This document shows positions 27,879 to 37,501 of a DNA stretch of 64,000 nucleotides, piece after piece (the stretch's first letter is position 1; every line of letters begins with the position of its first letter). A program made the position numbers and the translations under genes. Source of the stretch: Escherichia coli (GTDB lineage Bacteria > Pseudomonadota > Gammaproteobacteria > Enterobacterales > Enterobacteriaceae). The notes under the pieces were generated by a model. The model had not been told where the DNA came from, ran no database searches, and saw only the letters and a list, made by a program, of their open reading frames with translations. Where the stretch lies: assembly GCA_025336685.1 (NCBI GenBank), contig GCA_025336685.1_4717.1; one strand, written 5' to 3'.

Positions 27879-29881
27879 AACGTGAATACATCCTCCGGTT
27901 TAGGTTCTTTGCGCGGTAAAAGCATGTAGTCGATCGGATGATCCGGCTTCATGGTTGGGATATAACTGTTCGGGTTTTGGAACGCATCCAGCTGCTCTTG
28001 GTGAGCGAACTTCATACTCAAGGAGCGCATGTTCATGTTCTTCTTGAAGGTACTGAAGTATCGTGTTGTTCCCTGTTTCGGCATGCGATAATCTTTCGTG
28101 TGTGGTGAACGAATCATGCTAGCGTAGAGAATAACATCGAGATGCGAAAGGTTCATTCGCAGACGCTGGGCACACAGGCGATGCCAATAGTACAGCACGT
28201 TTGCAACTTCTTCCGGTGTAGCTTCGTCTTCCGAGAGGAATCCGGCACTGAAAGAACCTTTCCCGAATTTGAACTCACGTTCGATTTCTTTTGCGTACTC
28301 CATCATGTTTTTGTGGATTAACGGCATCTGGAATAACGTACGTGAATTGTCCCAGTGTTTCAAGTCGAAAATCACAATCCCGTCAGACGTCACTTCCCAG
28401 CTATGGCGTTTAAGATAACGGATAAACGCTTTACTCGGTACAACAGGACGTCCGCAGAAATCGAAATTGACTTTGAGCTTACGATAGCTTTCATCTTTCC
28501 TGTCGTAAATCTCCATATCGCAAAGCGTCATGTTAAACAGACGCTGTGGTATCAGCGAACTGATTTCTTCCGCTTCAGCTACATCGTACAACATGTTCGC
28601 AAGACCTAACTTCATCTTAATCAACACGTGTTTACCTTTCAGCTCACGTGCGAGTTTGATGTCGTTCATGTTCTGGCTGTAGCGAAGGATATGTTGATAT
28701 TCCGGTGGGATTGGTGCTGTGGATACCGTTGACGAACCATCGTGGTGTTTGGTAGAAAGAATGTTCTGCGTTACCTGTTGCGAGCAGGTACGTGCTGCAC
28801 CATCACCGACATTATCAGTCAATGCGAAGTTATGGCTCAATTCACCATAACACGTCGTGCATACCCCAGCAGGATCGGGATGATGACAATAGTTAACGGA
28901 GCGCATGCGTACCGTCGTGCCGATCAATTCTTTCATGTGTGGTTGTATCGCTACCAACGAACCGTCATCACGAATAATGAATCGACCGTGGAAGCCGCGT
29001 AGGTCGGTCTCATCACGGATTGGCATCGGGATGGCCTCTCTACTACCACAATCACCAGGATGTAGTCGTTGCACAACCGCTGTCGCTATCTGAAGTTCGC
29101 GACCGAAATATTCGGACTTTTTAATCTGCTCTTTGTTGAACAGCAGCGATTTCGCCGCAGAACGACTTTCTTTCAAGCTGTCAGGAAGAGAGATCAAACC
29201 GGCTGCATACGACCGCATTACCGGATCGCGGAATATCTCGGAGTTAATATCGGTCAAGAATCCACGCATCCCAATACACTGTAGCACCTGCCCAATCGAA
29301 ACGTGTTCGGTTCTTACCGCACGTGCGATAGGGTTTGCATGTAACGTTTTATCGGTGCTCAGTACCTTTGTCAATTTCTTGTATGCGCTTTCGATACCTT
29401 CGCGGGTGGGTTCCGCTTCAGCGATGATTTTCTTAACTTCAGGGTGTACAGTAATCTGATAAAAATCGTCCGCACAAATAGTTGTTACGTATTCCTCCAA
29501 CGCATACGTAAAGAAGTTATACACATTGTTAAACATATCGAACAATGCTTTCCAGAGAACCTCACGATTCTCTTGTGGGTAAGCATACATGCATTGACGA
29601 TACGCTGCGCTTTGCAACGCAACCGACGAACCAGCAGTAAACTTGCGTTTATCCACCAGGTTCTCTTTTGTCAATGGTGTCTCAGGATACATGCGATGCA
29701 CAGACCAGTGCATGTAACTAAAGAAAATGCGTCGTGCGCGCAATTCATGAACGCCATCGTCCATCTCGATATATACACGGTCGTTAGGCTGTGCCCACTC
29801 GAATACCTCATCAACCGGCCAGTGCATAAGCTCGCGTGCCCTCACACGACGTTTCGTGGTGGTCGTCTGTGTTGTAGTCAT
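27875..29881 (-). CDS. multisubunit RNA polymerase beta-prime-like subunit, C-terminal module
   Basis: CTTCYGELSHNFALTDNVGDGAARTCSQQVTQNILSTKHHDGSS parallels bacterial beta-prime CxxCYG...GxAIGxIAAQSIGEPGTQLTMRTFHxGG. Confidence 0.65.
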   Translation of the reverse strand: MTTTQTTTTKRRVRARELMHWPVDEVFEWAQPNDRVYIEMDDGVHELRARRIFFSYMHWSVHRMYPETPLTKENLVDKRKFTAGSSVALQSAAYRQCMYAYPQENREVLWKALFDMFNNVYNFFTYALEEYVTTICADDFYQITVHPEVKKIIAEAEPTREGIESAYKKLTKVLSTDKTLHANPIARAVRTEHVSIGQVLQCIGMRGFLTDINSEIFRDPVMRSYAAGLISLPDSLKESRSAAKSLLFNKEQIKKSEYFGRELQIATAVVQRLHPGDCGSREAIPMPIRDETDLRGFHGRFIIRDDGSLVAIQPHMKELIGTTVRMRSVNYCHHPDPAGVCTTCYGELSHNFALTDNVGDGAARTCSQQVTQNILSTKHHDGSSTVSTAPIPPEYQHILRYSQNMNDIKLARELKGKHVLIKMKLGLANMLYDVAEAEEISSLIPQRLFNMTLCDMEIYDRKDESYRKLKVNFDFCGRPVVPSKAFIRYLKRHSWEVTSDGIVIFDLKHWDNSRTLFQMPLIHKNMMEYAKEIEREFKFGKGSFSAGFLSEDEATPEEVANVLYYWHRLCAQRLRMNLSHLDVILYASMIRSPHTKDYRMPKQGTTRYFSTFKKNMNMRSLSMKFAHQEQLDAFQNPNSYIPTMKPDHPIDYMLLPRKEPKPEDVFTL

Positions 29882-30026
29882 TATTGCTTTCCGATTTAAA
29901 TGGTTTTATCATACGGTTTACCAAATCCGTTGGACTTTACTATCGTTGTGATAGCATCGGGAATCCCTTCCCTTAGGTTATGTAGGTGTTAATATATCTC
30001 CACTGCTGTCGTAAAGGTCAGCAGCA

Positions 30027-30512
30027 TTATCCAGCTTCCTGTTGTAAAGCGTATGGATCCATAGCGTCTGACATATTCGCAAAAACGGTGAGAATAAACC
30101 CCTTTATCTGTCTCACCTCGGTTACACGAAGCCCTTTATCATTACGGTATACGTTTTCTTCACCGACCAACTTCGGCCTGACAGCATAAACCCCATCAAC
30201 AAACGGGAATGTCGGATACGGATAAACGCCGATACGAATGATGTTTGGGTAATCACCTCGAAGGTCACGCCCAAATGTATCTACTCTACCGTAAACCGTT
30301 CCATCCACACCCTCCACTTCAATGAGATCATTTCGAATATCCTGAAATAGCTGCTCTAACGTGTCGGCGGGGTACGTATATGCGACACCTAACGCTGGAT
30401 CCTCAATGGTTTTGACACTGAATCCGTTAAGCCAAACAATCTGTTCATCCGCCCATGTTTCTTCATATACCGTTAATCCATCGCCGTATATGTTGGCGTG
30501 TGCTATCTCCAT
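30027..30512 (-). CDS. hypothetical protein
   Basis: 161-aa ORF. Confidence 0.45.
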   Translation of the reverse strand: MEIAHANIYGDGLTVYEETWADEQIVWLNGFSVKTIEDPALGVAYTYPADTLEQLFQDIRNDLIEVEGVDGTVYGRVDTFGRDLRGDYPNIIRIGVYPYPTFPFVDGVYAVRPKLVGEENVYRNDKGLRVTEVRQIKGFILTVFANMSDAMDPYALQQEAG

Positions 30513-30626
30513 AATCTCATTTCCTCTTATACGTTAGGATAGATGACATGTTGGATATACGTTGCCTTTGCATATATTGCTTTATTTCCGTCAGAAATAA
30601 CGGAAAATAAAAACAACGACATAGTT

Positions 30627-30656
30627 CCCTCCCACCTCCACACGGGAGAGGGAGGG
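30627..30656 (-). terminator. hairpin CCCTCCC ... GGGAGGG
   Basis: 7-bp outer stem downstream of the 30670 stop. Confidence 0.4.
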
Positions 30657-30669
30657 TTAGTCATGTTTA

Positions 30670-31035
30670 TTACTCTATGCTGTCTTCTTCAGCACAATCC
30701 TCTTCGGAACCGTCGAACGTTTTCTGCACCGCGGTGGTATCCCAGTTGGCGGCGTAATCAGCCATCGCTTCGCGCAACGCTTCTTCACCAGCATCACCGG
30801 CCAGGTCAAGCACAACCAAACCTTGCGCGACGTTTTGAGCGACTGTATCAATAACGGTTGCATCTTCTTCAAAACTACGTACCGGTTCAATGGTGCCTAC
30901 ATCAACAGCATAGTTCGTGGTCGCTGTAAGCACGGCGACTTGTAGCGCATCGCTATTATCATCATCATGCAATGCTGCTTCAATACCGATTGGACGGGCC
31001 AGTTCTTGCAGTGTTAATTTGCGAATTAAGTTCAT
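30670..31035 (-). CDS. small acidic protein
   Basis: 121-aa ORF with acidic C-terminus. Confidence 0.45.
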   Translation of the reverse strand: MNLIRKLTLQELARPIGIEAALHDDDNSDALQVAVLTATTNYAVDVGTIEPVRSFEEDATVIDTVAQNVAQGLVVLDLAGDAGEEALREAMADYAANWDTTAVQKTFDGSEEDCAEEDSIE

Positions 31036-31068
31036 TATGTTTTTCCTCAGGTGAATGTTAGCGATCGT

Positions 31069-31416
31069 TTAAAACTTTAAAACTTTTTCGATACGATGGT
31101 TGACAAGTTCATTGAACGATTCTTCAACTTGTTCAATAATTTCATCAACGTCGATATCTAATTGTTGGGGTTGGATAACATGCTCTTTCATGGTTTCTAG
31201 CCAGTATTCGGCTTTAACCATAACGTTAGCTACTTGTTCAACCTGACTACGTATGTCGACGATCTGACAGTCAGGATTTTTAATGTCGATGATGTGTCCA
31301 TGATGATTGATAAAACCTAGCTTATTCGTTGCTTTTACTGCATCGCGGGCAAGTTCTTGCAGGATTAAATTATTTACGTAGTTCACTGCTATGGAACGAT
31401 TTTCTTTATCACTCAT
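31069..31416 (-). CDS. small acidic protein
   Basis: 115-aa ORF; shares an LxLQELAR segment with the 30670..31035 product. Confidence 0.45.
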   Translation of the reverse strand: MSDKENRSIAVNYVNNLILQELARDAVKATNKLGFINHHGHIIDIKNPDCQIVDIRSQVEQVANVMVKAEYWLETMKEHVIQPQQLDIDVDEIIEQVEESFNELVNHRIEKVLKF

Positions 31417-31495
31417 ACCAGGGATCCTCTTTTTAAGTCTTCACATTCTAGTGTTAAGCAGTTAAAATAAACCGTCCCTTTAATCAGCATAAACA

Positions 31496-31525
31496 TCCTC
31501 CTCCCACCACATGGGTAGGAGGAGG
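31496..31525 (-). terminator. hairpin CCTCCTCC ... GGAGGAGG followed by AUGUUUAUGCUG
   Basis: 8-bp stem; a GTAATATA word sits between the upstream stop and the hairpin. Confidence 0.4.
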
Positions 31526-31536
31526 CGTAATATACA

Positions 31537-31947
31537 TCAGAAAGGAGGACGATCTTTAAATTCTAGCAACGTGTCTTCGAAGCAAGCGATGAGTTCAGAC
31601 TGCAATTCTGTTCGGCCTTGTTCACCGAAAAGTTCCAGCAACATTAACCCCCGAGCGGTCTTCGTAGCAACCTCTTCGCAGATACAGAGATTGTGGACTT
31701 CATCATCGTCAACATCTTTACGTAACTGTGCCGCAATGGGCTTAAGATTGCCGTTTTCATCGTATTCGTCACGAAATGCATCATAAGCCGCATCGATGTT
31801 CGCTATCCGTGTCAATCCTTCAGAATCCCGCCAGTCTCGATATAATCCAAGCAGACGGTTATGATTCTTCGTTTTGATGTTCGGTGCCGGAAGGTTGCGT
31901 AACAGATGTGGTGTAATCCTTGCTATAACGCTATCCGAATGGTCCAT
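31537..31947 (-). CDS. hypothetical acidic protein
   Basis: 136-aa ORF. Confidence 0.45.
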   Translation of the reverse strand: MDHSDSVIARITPHLLRNLPAPNIKTKNHNRLLGLYRDWRDSEGLTRIANIDAAYDAFRDEYDENGNLKPIAAQLRKDVDDDEVHNLCICEEVATKTARGLMLLELFGEQGRTELQSELIACFEDTLLEFKDRPPF

Positions 31948-31958
31948 CGTTTACCTCG

Positions 31959-34127
31959 CTAGCTTTCGCAGTCATCTGCGTCGATGATTTGTCCACCGGC
32001 AACGTTCAGTTGATGATACAGAATCCTCAACGCACGGTTACCACCAATGGGATACTTCTCGAAGTTGGTCGCAATAGGAATCGCTGACGGCTTATCGGTC
32101 GCATAGATGCTTTCAGTGATGCTATCCACCTGTTTTGGATTGTTTGCATAGTCCATAAAGACGCTCGCAAACCACCCACCAGCAAAGGCGGTAACTTCGC
32201 GATGTTCAGATTCACCACAGTAACGAGTTGGTTGCTCTTTACCAGGAGAACTGTACTTATCGCTATTACTGAGTTTCGACGGTAATCCGTGCGCTTGCAG
32301 TTTAGGAATACCCACCGCTGACCAATCGTTCGCCGTCTTCTCCAACATCATGATGTACGTGTCACCGATCGCAATATCGTTCTTGGTTGTCCGCCACTGC
32401 CCAGAACGTCCGCGGTACCGTACAGGACCTTTCTTCAACGGGAACTCACGAATCAGATTCTCCATACGTTCTGAACCCGCTGCGATACTGTCTGTCGGGA
32501 TATAAACTTCCGTACCGTGGCGTTGTACGTACCGTAAATGATCCCATTTATCCTCATCCGTGATACAGTATTTTTCAACAACCTGTTCCACGAACTCAGG
32601 ACTGACGATATAGTAGTAGCGCATCAGTGTGTTCCAAGCGGTCTCCAGATCGCCTGCATCCATCACTGGTTTCAGCTCACGCATGATCTGGTCACCAACA
32701 CCGTTGATGTATGGCGCATTAACACGACTTAAACTCATCCTTTTGATTACCGTGCTATCGTCAAACATAAAGTCCGCAACGTTACCCCATTGGTCAACCG
32801 GCATTTCATCGTCTTCCATGATGTCGGTTACGACGAATTTATCACCCGCCATACCCGTGAATTTAAACCCGATACCTGGAACAACGTCATACGTGTACGT
32901 GATGGTCACACGCCAATCATCGAGATTCTCTTTACGGTAATCGCGGGTTGGTAATACATGACGTAGCTGTCCGTTAGGATTGCGGATATCAATACCGTGT
33001 TCAGCATCAGCCAGGTTCAACCACCACATCACCGTTTGATGATGACGTATCGGCGTACCAACGCGTTCACGTTCGTACTTACGAACAGCATCCTGAATTC
33101 GGGTGTAAAGCAAACCGATTGCGTTTTCATATTTCAGGAATTGACGATACGGAGGACGCATCTTCTCTTCCATCATAATCGCACGCTCGCGGGCTTGACG
33201 TCCAGAACGACGATGTCGATCGCTGACAACATCGATATCCGTTACACGCGCATTCGGTTCAGCGTAAGTGAGATCATCGTAAACATAATCCACGCGCTGA
33301 AGGTTACACGTCATCATGTCAACAACGCTGAGGATAGGATCTATTTCGCGTGTTGCTGCAAGCAACCCATCCTTACGAATGCGCTCACCGTTCTCGGGTA
33401 TTGCTTGGTATACTTCGTCATCACCGTAGAGATTGATTGGGTATCGCGATTTACCTGATGTAATTGTTCGCTTCTCAATACCAGTACTGGTGAAATGCTT
33501 CAATACACCGCGACGGGCAACGCCACCATCTTCAATACACTGGTAGAAGCTACCGAAACACACCTTGCAATCGCGACCGTAACCCCACTCACGTGTTTCT
33601 TGATTGATCGCTGGGCTTTCCATCAAACGAGAATATCGTGGTACGATCTGGCCTCGACGAAGGGAATGGAACAAGTTGGTTGGTCGAAAACGGAAACCGT
33701 ACTGCTGATGCATGATGTGATGCTCGGGCACTTCAAGCAAGCGTAGCTCGTGACGGTTACCATCCTCTTGGTTTTCATACAGCACGTAATGCATCGTGTT
33801 TGTTTTGATGCTGTTTGCTGTATGCCCTGGTTGAAACCGCGGAATGATATCTATGATGCGAGATTCAACTGGAAACTCTACTGACCAAGTGTTTTGTCCG
33901 TACTGGTATTCAATCCCCGTCGTTAGTCGGGACGGCTTCGCATCTTTGATAACCAACGCTTGGCTAAGATGTCCACCAAACATCGCAGCGCGCTGTGCTG
34001 AGTTATAATGCAATAGCCCGTTAAGTCCAGTCCCTACGCCAGTATACTCCTGTTTAATGGGAATGATTTTACCTTCAGCGATTGCCTGCTTCACAGATTC
34101 ATAAAGAGGTTTTTCTTTATAATGCAT
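31959..34127 (-). CDS. multisubunit RNA polymerase beta-like subunit, C-terminal module
   Basis: GDKFVVTDIMEDDEMPVDQWGNVADFMFDDSTVIKRMSLSR parallels beta GDKxAGRHGNKGV..EDMP..G.P.D..LNPLGVPSRMN; GESEHREVTAFAGGW parallels GEMEVWALEAYGA; ATG 34127 (MHYKEKPLY) with AGGAAG RBS instead of track start 34292. Confidence 0.65.
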   Translation of the reverse strand: MHYKEKPLYESVKQAIAEGKIIPIKQEYTGVGTGLNGLLHYNSAQRAAMFGGHLSQALVIKDAKPSRLTTGIEYQYGQNTWSVEFPVESRIIDIIPRFQPGHTANSIKTNTMHYVLYENQEDGNRHELRLLEVPEHHIMHQQYGFRFRPTNLFHSLRRGQIVPRYSRLMESPAINQETREWGYGRDCKVCFGSFYQCIEDGGVARRGVLKHFTSTGIEKRTITSGKSRYPINLYGDDEVYQAIPENGERIRKDGLLAATREIDPILSVVDMMTCNLQRVDYVYDDLTYAEPNARVTDIDVVSDRHRRSGRQARERAIMMEEKMRPPYRQFLKYENAIGLLYTRIQDAVRKYERERVGTPIRHHQTVMWWLNLADAEHGIDIRNPNGQLRHVLPTRDYRKENLDDWRVTITYTYDVVPGIGFKFTGMAGDKFVVTDIMEDDEMPVDQWGNVADFMFDDSTVIKRMSLSRVNAPYINGVGDQIMRELKPVMDAGDLETAWNTLMRYYYIVSPEFVEQVVEKYCITDEDKWDHLRYVQRHGTEVYIPTDSIAAGSERMENLIREFPLKKGPVRYRGRSGQWRTTKNDIAIGDTYIMMLEKTANDWSAVGIPKLQAHGLPSKLSNSDKYSSPGKEQPTRYCGESEHREVTAFAGGWFASVFMDYANNPKQVDSITESIYATDKPSAIPIATNFEKYPIGGNRALRILYHQLNVAGGQIIDADDCES

Positions 34128-34158
34128 AGGACTTCCTATTATCGAATTGAGGTACGTC

Positions 34159-34512
34159 ATGTCTAACACGCCCCTGAACGACTTTCTTAAGACAAACCCC
34201 GATGACCTCATCCACGATCTTGATTTCAGGAACGTTGTTGAGATGCATCTGGAATATTTCAAAAATGCCGGACTGGTCTCTACGATAGACATACCACCCG
34301 AACGCGCCTACGAATTCGATGGTAACTTTTATGGATTGTGTCGTGTTCTGCTCGGCGAGGGCAGTGAATCAATGCACTGGATCACCATGAGACTCAATGG
34401 TTATCGCGACCCTACGGAATACACCGCCGATGTTCTAACCATGAAGATTGTCGATACAAGCGCAATCAACACATTAAAACAACAGTACCGCACAATCCAC
34501 TACAGCGCTTAA
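34159..34512 (+). CDS. hypothetical protein
   Basis: Track start is TTG at 34147; ATG 34159 (MSNTPLNDF) has GAGG RBS; divergent from the beta-like gene. Confidence 0.45.
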   Translation: MSNTPLNDFLKTNPDDLIHDLDFRNVVEMHLEYFKNAGLVSTIDIPPERAYEFDGNFYGLCRVLLGEGSESMHWITMRLNGYRDPTEYTADVLTMKIVDTSAINTLKQQYRTIHYSA

Positions 34513-34517
34513 GATAA

Positions 34518-34546
34518 CCCTCCCACAGCGTAAAGCGTAGGGAGGG
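34518..34546 (+). terminator. hairpin CCCTCCC ... GGGAGGG followed by CATTTATGCCG
   Basis: 7-bp stem with 15-nt loop, 6 nt after the stop. Confidence 0.5.
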
Positions 34547-34577
34547 CATTTATGCCGTCGTTCGTTGGCTTAGCACA

Positions 34578-35858
34578 TCAGAAACGATTTACAGTACGTC
34601 CTGTCCATGCACTCAGGATGTTGTTACGTTCCATCTCAGCCCGACGACGTAAGCCGTTTGGTGACTGCGGTGCTTGCGGCATCCCCCACCCAGCAGGCTG
34701 CATACCCATACCAGGCCAAGCGGAATTATTGAACATCGTACCGTTACGTTCCGCAACACGATTCATTAATGTATCAAACGTGCTATTACCTGCCGGTTGA
34801 TTACCGCCGCTTTCCCATTGATTAGGTTGAACAGGTGTAGTTTTACCCAACAGGTTATCAATCACGTTACTCGTTGCAGCAGGACGCGGTTGCATGCCTT
34901 CATGTGCAGCTGCTGATGGATTTGGCTTAACCGTCGGCTGCGGACGACTGTTCAGCGTTACACCCATGTTGTATTTCGCTGGTGGAATCTGACCACGATG
35001 TTGGGTAATCGGCTCAAAATCCTCGACCCAGGTAACATCGCAATAACCGTTCTCTTTACCGTCGTACTTATCACCAAACAGTTTGATAAGATTGTTCAGC
35101 GGTTCCATCAGCTTCGCGAAGCTGTGGATAAGACAATCGAAATACGGAGCATGAGGATCGCTTGACCCAGCATTATACGTTTCACTTACCTCACCGGAGT
35201 GAGGGATAACGTACTCAACCAGGTTTCTCAGCATGTTAAGATCTTTCTTGGAAATCTCAACACCACACCAGTACGTTTTCTTATCTTTCGTGCTGATGTG
35301 TTCCTCTTCCATGAACGGGAAAGTAACTACCGCAACGCGGGTCATCTTCTTACCCATGTAGGTTGCGCCAGTACGACGAAGATAAATTTTAGACAACGTA
35401 TACGGTGTGTCACGTTTCAACCAAACGGTGACCAGTTTACCTAACGTCGTTAGCGTTTTATCGCTGGCATCCGCAAGGATATTGAAGAACTCTTTTTGCT
35501 TCGGTCCGAAACGTTTTGCTTCTTTAGGATTGATTGCGGTTTCAACCATCCAAATCAGCATGGAACACAGTGTGGCGTTAAAACGAACAACCATTGCACG
35601 ACGCAGGAACTGAAGTACTTCCGATTCACCATTCATCACGTCTTCACTTAGCGGATGGAACAGTACACGTTCGGCGAGTTGATTTCCGGTACGAACTTCG
35701 GGAACCGGCATCAGCAACGGCATGCTTTCCACGGTAGCGGCAACTGCAACAACTTTACCATCCCCATCTGTAAAACGATATTCTAATTCGTGGGCGTCAT
35801 TTTCAAAATAGTTAACGCTTTGCAGCGCTTTGCGATAAGCTTCAATAAGCTTCGACAT
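34578..35858 (-). CDS. hypothetical protein with Q/P/G/M/N-rich low-complexity C-terminal region
   Basis: 426-aa ORF, RBS AAGGAAA; C-terminal ~120 aa low complexity. Confidence 0.5.
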   Translation of the reverse strand: MSKLIEAYRKALQSVNYFENDAHELEYRFTDGDGKVVAVAATVESMPLLMPVPEVRTGNQLAERVLFHPLSEDVMNGESEVLQFLRRAMVVRFNATLCSMLIWMVETAINPKEAKRFGPKQKEFFNILADASDKTLTTLGKLVTVWLKRDTPYTLSKIYLRRTGATYMGKKMTRVAVVTFPFMEEEHISTKDKKTYWCGVEISKKDLNMLRNLVEYVIPHSGEVSETYNAGSSDPHAPYFDCLIHSFAKLMEPLNNLIKLFGDKYDGKENGYCDVTWVEDFEPITQHRGQIPPAKYNMGVTLNSRPQPTVKPNPSAAAHEGMQPRPAATSNVIDNLLGKTTPVQPNQWESGGNQPAGNSTFDTLMNRVAERNGTMFNNSAWPGMGMQPAGWGMPQAPQSPNGLRRRAEMERNNILSAWTGRTVNRF

Positions 35859-35887
35859 ATTGCGTTTCCTTTTCTTTTACGTCAACG

Positions 35888-35906
35888 GTCCCCTACAACA
35901 GGGGAC
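35888..35906 (-). terminator. hairpin GTCCCCT-ACAAC-AGGGGAC
   Basis: 7-bp perfect stem just downstream of the 35914 stop; no U-tract. Confidence 0.35.
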
Positions 35907-35913
35907 CTATGGA

Positions 35914-37500
35914 TTAGAAGTTGCCTTTGGTAGTTACCGCATCCACCAGGTTAAACAAATCAACACTCAGCTTGTAAACCTCCTGCTGACTACGGTTGAG
36001 CAGCGGGCTGTACGCGGATGGGTTGATGTTCGGCATGGTGTACGGAATCGGTGAAGAGCCGTCAACGCTGATCTTGAACTGGCTGTCCAGGAACAGGTTA
36101 ATCGCACCACTCACCATAACCGCGTTCGGGTTGTTACCCAACATGGAGGGCAGGATATTGGTAATCATGTCGGAACGCATCTGTTCAGCAGCGCGGTTAC
36201 AATCATACCCTTTAATGAACGGTACAGCGTCAGTAACCGCAACCGCCCATTGCCCAGGCATGATGCCTAGTTCTGGATGGCCGTGGTTATCAGCAATGAA
36301 ACGGAACGACTCCAACATGCGATACGTCATCGCAGCAGGCATCATCGCAGCAAGTGATGAACAATACAGCGTTGGATAATCGATAACGTCCCAGCTCTGG
36401 CTATCGGTCGGCATCCAACCAAACTCGGTGGTTGCCGATGTACCGCGACGAGCTTCCACGTACGGGAACAGTCTTAAGACATCACGGACATGCTCGCCGA
36501 ACATCCGTTTCATATCAGCCCAACTCAGGCTACCGCTGAAGGCGAATCCCTCATCACGCATAATCGCACCGAATACCGGATGCGCAACCAACGGTTCTTC
36601 ACGAACAGCTTGAGCTGCTTCTACGTAAATATCCTCATTCTCTGCGCTACCTGGATGAGACCCGCTTTCGTACGTCTGACGAATAGCCCCGACGTTATCG
36701 AAGGCTTTTCTTAGATAGATGGTTGGGATGTTCGTATCAGCACTCGCTGGTTTGATTTTCTCCGTTGCGAAACACATTGCTGCTTCCACACCACGAAAAA
36801 CCGGTTCCGGTTGCGATTGATAGGAAGAGCGATGAACCACATCAGCGTAGGCTGGATCGAACTGCTGCATCACGTTCTGCATGGCTGGGTCCATGAACTG
36901 GTTATCAAAACCACCATTGCCTACCCAACGTGCAGTCGACGCATAAGTCAGCGTATCCTGAACACGAGTACTGAACTGAACATCACGATTAACAGGGTCG
37001 TATGCGCCAGTCAAAAGGTTCGTTGCGTCCATCGGGGTCGCGCGAACGATTTGCTTACCGAACATATCCGTTGTGGTTGTTTCGGTTACCTGGATTACAT
37101 TCGTGAAGAAGAACACCAGTTCGTTCGGCAGATCGATGGCACGTGTTGTAAACGCATCGAGGCTTACCGAATGGTCGGTGTATCCAGAAATGTAATGGAC
37201 GCGCTTGGTTCCTGGTGCAAGGGCCAAGGATTCTTCCACAGCCATCATGAAATGGAAACGACGTGTGCCCCAACCATTCGCAATCTCCGAAACCCCCTCA
37301 GGTTCTGCAGACTGCTGTAACAAACCGGTTGCAAGCTTATTGATTGCTGATGGGGTTGTTGCCGTACCGAACTTCGTCGTGTTAATAAAGTCTTCGATGC
37401 TACGCATGCTATCTGCATGGAATCGTAGTGGACGACGTTGTACGTTGTTGTACGGTGCGGTTTCAACCATCAGTATTTCACGAACATTCATCGGGATCAT
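35914..37500 (-). CDS. hypothetical 528-aa protein
   Basis: Long ORF, no recognised motif. Confidence 0.5.
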   Translation of the reverse strand: MIPMNVREILMVETAPYNNVQRRPLRFHADSMRSIEDFINTTKFGTATTPSAINKLATGLLQQSAEPEGVSEIANGWGTRRFHFMMAVEESLALAPGTKRVHYISGYTDHSVSLDAFTTRAIDLPNELVFFFTNVIQVTETTTTDMFGKQIVRATPMDATNLLTGAYDPVNRDVQFSTRVQDTLTYASTARWVGNGGFDNQFMDPAMQNVMQQFDPAYADVVHRSSYQSQPEPVFRGVEAAMCFATEKIKPASADTNIPTIYLRKAFDNVGAIRQTYESGSHPGSAENEDIYVEAAQAVREEPLVAHPVFGAIMRDEGFAFSGSLSWADMKRMFGEHVRDVLRLFPYVEARRGTSATTEFGWMPTDSQSWDVIDYPTLYCSSLAAMMPAAMTYRMLESFRFIADNHGHPELGIMPGQWAVAVTDAVPFIKGYDCNRAAEQMRSDMITNILPSMLGNNPNAVMVSGAINLFLDSQFKISVDGSSPIPYTMPNINPSAYSPLLNRSQQEVYKLSVDLFNLVDAVTTKGNF

Positions 37501-37501
37501 T

